Source: Candidatus Heimdallarchaeota archaeon B3_Heim (lineage in GTDB: Archaea > Asgardarchaeota > Heimdallarchaeia > Hodarchaeales > Hodarchaeaceae). From it: a DNA stretch of 32,000 bases. Each line of letters begins with the position of its first letter. Within the stretch, counting starts at the first letter, position 1. Position numbers and translations under genes: made by a program. The stretch covers positions 1 to 32,000 of the forward strand of contig NJBF01000032.1 of NCBI GenBank assembly GCA_003144275.1, read 5' to 3'. Shown piece by piece: positions 28,305 through 32,000 of this stretch. The notes beneath the pieces are model-generated. The model made no database searches and had not been told where the DNA came from. It worked only from the letters and a program-made list of their open reading frames with translations.

Positions 28305-29102
28305 TTACTTAAAACCTTCTAATAGCGCAGTGGCTAGATTATCGATGTGTTTAGAGAAAGGATGATCAGGATGTTTCAGGCTAAAGATATTTCTTGAACC
28401 TTCACGGGCCACCTCACAAAAACAAGGAATAGAGGTAAGAACTTCCATACGCATTTCATTTTTAATCGTATTTTCAAATTTCTTTACCTGTTCCAGATCC
28501 GTACTACTCCAGACACCTTCTTCGGGAGGGCAGGATTCAGCTACAACACGATTTAAAACAACGTAATTAATACTATCAAGCAAAGAGTAAAGCTGAGTAA
28601 CCATACTTTTTGTACCAGATATATCAAAATCATCAGCTTTCAATACAAGACAGGTGGCATCGCTAATAACTAATCCATCAATACTCTCCATTTGAACACC
28701 AGGAGAAGTGTCGATAATCGTAAAATCGAAGTTTGCATCACTTAATTCGTCACGAAGTTTCAGAATACGTTTCAGGGAACGTTGACGCTGTTTTTTGTCT
28801 GCCCGTACAATTTCCCCCATTTTACGGAAGTCTGTCGAAGCAAAAGCTGCAAATAATGGGATTTGATATTCTTCCTCAAAAGAAACCAAGATGTCTTCGC
28901 TACTCAAATCAGGGTCAAACAGGAGATCATTGATAGTCGTCTTCGTTTCAACCCCACACAATGTTTGAAGGTTTGGTCCTCGAAAATCAAGATCTAGAAT
29001 GCACGTTTTGTAACCACGCCGTGCTAATGCAGTGGCAAGGTTTGCACTAAGATGTGTTTTTCCCGTTCCGCCTTTATATGAATGAAATGCAACAATCTTC
29101 AT
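28305..29102 (-). CDS. MinD/ParA family ATPase
   Basis: Deviant Walker A KGGTGKT, ILDLDFRGPNL and IIDTSPG. Confidence 0.92.
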   Translation of the reverse strand: MKIVAFHSYKGGTGKTHLSANLATALARRGYKTCILDLDFRGPNLQTLCGVETKTTINDLLFDPDLSSEDILVSFEEEYQIPLFAAFASTDFRKMGEIVRADKKQRQRSLKRILKLRDELSDANFDFTIIDTSPGVQMESIDGLVISDATCLVLKADDFDISGTKSMVTQLYSLLDSINYVVLNRVVAESCPPEEGVWSSTDLEQVKKFENTIKNEMRMEVLTSIPCFCEVAREGSRNIFSLKHPDHPFSKHIDNLATALLEGFK

Positions 29103-29164
29103 GCTTATCAGCTCTGTTTCTACCTATATATTATTCTTGTCTTAATTCGTGTGAATTCAAAAGA

Positions 29165-29773
29165 TTATTTCAACTCAGAAGCATCCCGAACAGCCTGACG
29201 CCGTCTCTGAATGTAATCTTCTGGTGAGTTGGAGTTGTTAGTAGAGTAAGTAGTTATGTCTTTCCATGGTTCGCTAGATTTGATAAAAAAGACAACTCGT
29301 TTTCGGTTCTCAGGATCAGGTCTTTTCCGTAAATGTCCCATATCCCATAATTGATTAAGATAATCGCTTTCAAGGGGACGACTTTTACCCGTTTCATGGG
29401 AAACTTCTAATGCAGTCGCTCCAATTTCTTTTGTTAACATAACTTTGTATGTTCTTCGTAAATGACTGGGGATATTCGTTAATATGTCTAGACCTGTAGA
29501 AATGAGTTCTGGTTCCTTTTCTTCCACGATGAAATCTTCAGTTAAGGACTCTAATCGTCTAAAATTGTTTTGAGTCAGGACCTTAATGTCGCGAATTTCC
29601 TTTTCTATTTCCATAAAGGAATTTCGAACATTCTGGGCAATAACCTTCATTTCACTACGAACATCTTTAAAATTCTCTTGAAGAAATATACGAAAATCAT
29701 CGTTAAGAGAGATTTTCACATCAGCTGAGGGTTTCTTGGATAAAATTTTCTTTGCAGTGTCTTGTGACTTCAT
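29165..29773 (-). CDS. Coiled-coil plus winged-helix DNA-binding protein
   Basis: Heptad-like segment at residues ~30-80, followed by IPSHLRRTY...ATALEVSHETGKSRPLESDYLNQLWDMGHLRK...VVFF. Confidence 0.8.
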   Translation of the reverse strand: MKSQDTAKKILSKKPSADVKISLNDDFRIFLQENFKDVRSEMKVIAQNVRNSFMEIEKEIRDIKVLTQNNFRRLESLTEDFIVEEKEPELISTGLDILTNIPSHLRRTYKVMLTKEIGATALEVSHETGKSRPLESDYLNQLWDMGHLRKRPDPENRKRVVFFIKSSEPWKDITTYSTNNSNSPEDYIQRRRQAVRDASELK

Positions 29774-29988
29774 AATGAAACCCGAATGAAATTTACTACG
29801 GTTTATCGCGAACTATTTTGGTATATGAATAACCTTTCAATGAATATTTGATAATTTATACATACAAACAAAATACATGCCTTCTTAAGAACTATTCGGT
29901 TTTTCAGTAAAGAAAGAAAGAGAGGAAGAAGCAAGATAATGGGAAAACAGTAAGATTTTGCCTGATCCAATCTATATTCAAGTATCAC

Positions 29989-30276
29989 TTAATTAATTGC
30001 GTAAAAGTGAGTGCGTAAGTCGTGTAAGTCGGGTACTCTCTTGATTTGCCCTGCATCAACAAGTATTTTCAATCCATAGCGAATGGTTCTATGAGATAAT
30101 GAGGTGTACAGCCCAATTTCACGGGGTTTAAGAGCGCCATTCGTCTGTAGAAGTTGATATATTTCCCGTGCCGACTTGGGTAATTTTGTTACTCTTTCGT
30201 CTATTCCCCCTAAGTTTAAATCGCTTACATTGGTTTTAGATTCAATTGCTGCCATTTGGGTCACTACCTTTGTCAA
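29989..30276 (-). CDS. Small archaeal winged-helix transcriptional regulator (MarR/ArsR-like)
   Basis: LPKSAREIYQLL...LKPREI...LSHRTIRYGLKILVDAGQIKR. The start may be ATG at 30255. Confidence 0.85.
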   Translation of the reverse strand: MTKVVTQMAAIESKTNVSDLNLGGIDERVTKLPKSAREIYQLLQTNGALKPREIGLYTSLSHRTIRYGLKILVDAGQIKRVPDLHDLRTHFYAIN

Positions 30277-30297
30277 TCACCTGTTTCTGACAGATTG

Positions 30298-30506
30298 TCA
30301 ACACGTAATCAACATTTCATCATCAACACATCAACACTTTTAAGTATTACCCTAAATGCAAATATTTCCTTGATACCACGAAAAATTCTTTTTAAGCAGA
30401 ATAGAAGTAATAGTTTGAAATTTGAACTTATATGGGTTAACATTTTATCGACAACTTTGATTTAAACCAAAATTGATTTTTCATCAACACAAAATCTCAT
30501 CAACAG
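30298..30506. repeat. Array of six TCAACA direct repeats in the divergent intergenic region
   Basis: TCAACA starts at 30298, 30309, 30323, 30331, 30484 and 30500, all in the same orientation. Three copies extend to TCATCAACA. Confidence 0.7.
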
Positions 30507-30618
30507 TAAGTGTTTCTAGAAAGTTCCTAATTAATAAAAATCTAGAAACCGCAGTTCCGATTCGGCGACGATAGTAATGCAAAGACTATATTCTAGAATT
30601 TATTGAGAAGAATTCAAG

Positions 30619-31053
30619 ATGTTAATTACTAAAGCCATTGTTCAAGATCTTCCAGAGGTATTGAAGTTACTTCAATTACTAGACCTTCCCATTGAGGGAG
30701 TAAAAGAGCATTTTCAACATTTTTTCATATTACGTGAGGACGAAATGGTCGTAGGATGCATCGGAGTGGAAATCTATGATAATACTGGACTACTTCGGTC
30801 AATAGGGATACATCCCTCCTATCAGGGAAAAGGTTTTGGTCAACAAATGGTAAGCAGATTAGAAGAATTTTCGTCTGAAAAAGAACTTAACTCCCTTTAT
30901 TTACTGACAGAGACAGCTGAAAAGTTTTTTTTGAACTTAGGTTACAAATATGTTTCCAGAGAAGAGGTTGATCCAAACATCAAGCAATCAATTGAATTTA
31001 CAAAACTTTGTCCCTCATCTCCTGTAATGGTAAAACTATTTTCCTCCAAATGA
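30619..31053 (+). CDS. GNAT N-acetyltransferase, ArsN2-like
   Basis: GLLRSIGIHPSYQGKGFG, LYLLTETAEKFF and SIEFTKLCPSS. Confidence 0.85.
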   Translation: MLITKAIVQDLPEVLKLLQLLDLPIEGVKEHFQHFFILREDEMVVGCIGVEIYDNTGLLRSIGIHPSYQGKGFGQQMVSRLEEFSSEKELNSLYLLTETAEKFFLNLGYKYVSREEVDPNIKQSIEFTKLCPSSPVMVKLFSSK

Positions 31054-31115
31054 TCTTTCACTTCTACTCGTTGTAAGGATTCAGTCACGAAAGGAAGAAA
31101 CTGATTATCACAGAT

Positions 31116-31349
31116 TTAATCATCGTAGTCCTTCTTCATCCTTTGTAGATGTTCAATGTCAGACAGGGGCTTGTTCTCCCTGTCCGACTTTTTAATCCAC
31201 AGAAATATGCAAAATATCTCTATTAACAAAAAAAGAAATCCAAAAAATAAATCTCGTAGAATAAACAGAATTGTAAGAATAAACAAAATTATCGTAAAAA
31301 GACTACTTGAACTATAATTGAGCCTCGATCTATACCTATGTCTATCCAT
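31116..31349 (-). CDS. Small membrane protein
   Basis: 77 aa with two hydrophobic segments and a charged C-tail. Confidence 0.6.
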   Translation of the reverse strand: MDRHRYRSRLNYSSSSLFTIILFILTILFILRDLFFGFLFLLIEIFCIFLWIKKSDRENKPLSDIEHLQRMKKDYDD

Positions 31350-31614
31350 AATTTTTCATTCCGCTAGAAATTTGATCAATTTTGTATTAATACCTTTACT
31401 TGTTGGAACTAAATCGTTGTTTGGATTTTCTTAAAAAGTGGCTAATGCGCTTATTAGCACACGATTGTTTCAGGGATTTATATTACAATTCCGCGTTACA
31501 ACTGAATGTTTCAAGAAATTATTAAATGGTACATTAAAATTATATTTATTGGATAAAAAACAGTGAACCATCCTTTGTATAGTATTCATAACATAAAAGG
31601 TCATGTGATTGATC

Positions 31615-32000
31615 ATGGATGAATTTAAAATTCTAGTTGAACCACGAAGTGAACGAAATGGATTATTTCCTGAAGAACAGAGTTTAAAGTTAGCCATCAA
31701 AGAATTAAATAATCCTAAACTATCATTCAAGCGGTCCACAAGAGGATACACCGCTCTTTACGAAAATAAAGATATTAATCCTATGTTAGCTAGAAAACGT
31801 AAAAAAGAAATGGAAGATCTCGTACATGAAATTCATTGTCGTTATATCAAGTTTTTAGCTATTCGTGATTTTAGAAAACCTGGATTTCTTCTTGGAGAAA
31901 CCATTGATGAAAGTGACGAATATCAAGTTATTTTTAATAATGACAAAGAGGGATCACAAATTACCATTGTCTGTAACAAACAAAAATGGCTGATTCAGAT
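31615..32000 (+). CDS. Hypothetical protein, truncated by the window end
   Basis: ATG 31615 opens a stop-free frame to the end of the window (MDEFKILVEPRSERNGLFPEEQ...CNKQKWLIQ). It is missing from the supplied ORF track. Confidence 0.75.
   Translation, partial: MDEFKILVEPRSERNGLFPEEQSLKLAIKELNNPKLSFKRSTRGYTALYENKDINPMLARKRKKEMEDLVHEIHCRYIKFLAIRDFRKPGFLLGETIDESDEYQVIFNNDKEGSQITIVCNKQKWLIQ

Noticed and set aside
631-31751. Short overlapping or antisense ORFs in the track (e.g. 631..915, 912..1154, 1605..1790, 1976..2302, 3759..3974, 4864..5235, 5542..5874, 8699..8929, 10377..10655, 10686..10967, 11249..11500, 13406..13606, 15653..15916, 16894..17244, 17661..17873, 22365..22703, 24314..24622, 24633..24827, 27435..27809, 28014..28259, 29803..29988, 30256..30465, 31470..31751)
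   Set aside because: They are shadows of well-supported genes on the other strand or frame, or low-complexity intergenic ORFs, with no recognisable motifs.
1-32000. CRISPR array, rRNA, tRNA, intact transposase or integrase
   Set aside because: No regularly spaced 25-40-nt repeats, rRNA-like tracts, cloverleaf motifs or DDE/tyrosine/serine recombinase ORFs were seen by eye.

Overview
This is a low-GC archaeal chromosomal window, most consistent with an Asgard archaeon (probably Heimdallarchaeia). The assignment is inferred from a Rab-like small GTPase, a tandem Roadblock/LC7 protein, a large LRR protein and an archaeal type II GAPDH. Left to right it holds: a Pro-rich orphan; ino1-acyP; two orphans; an accessory-looking stretch (938-aa LRR protein, GC-rich decayed ORF, frameshifted surface protein); a putative signalling cluster (Cys8 Zn-finger/pseudo-nuclease, Rab-like GTPase, TPR-like/pseudo-nuclease, double Roadblock); gap preceded by two paralogous winged-helix proteins; a GalT-family gene with no canonical start; a DUF998-like protein; a strongly divergent RtcB-fold protein; an 8-kb lipid-linked glycosylation cluster (two GT-C, GtrA, rfbF/rfbG, SDR, GT2); a MacB/LolCDE-type ABC pair; wHTH/coiled-coil-wHTH/MinD-ParA genes downstream of a TCAACA repeat array; an ArsN2-like GNAT; and a truncated ORF at the right edge. 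I saw no rRNA, tRNA, CRISPR array or intact transposase. All family calls come from motif recognition by eye; no searches were run.
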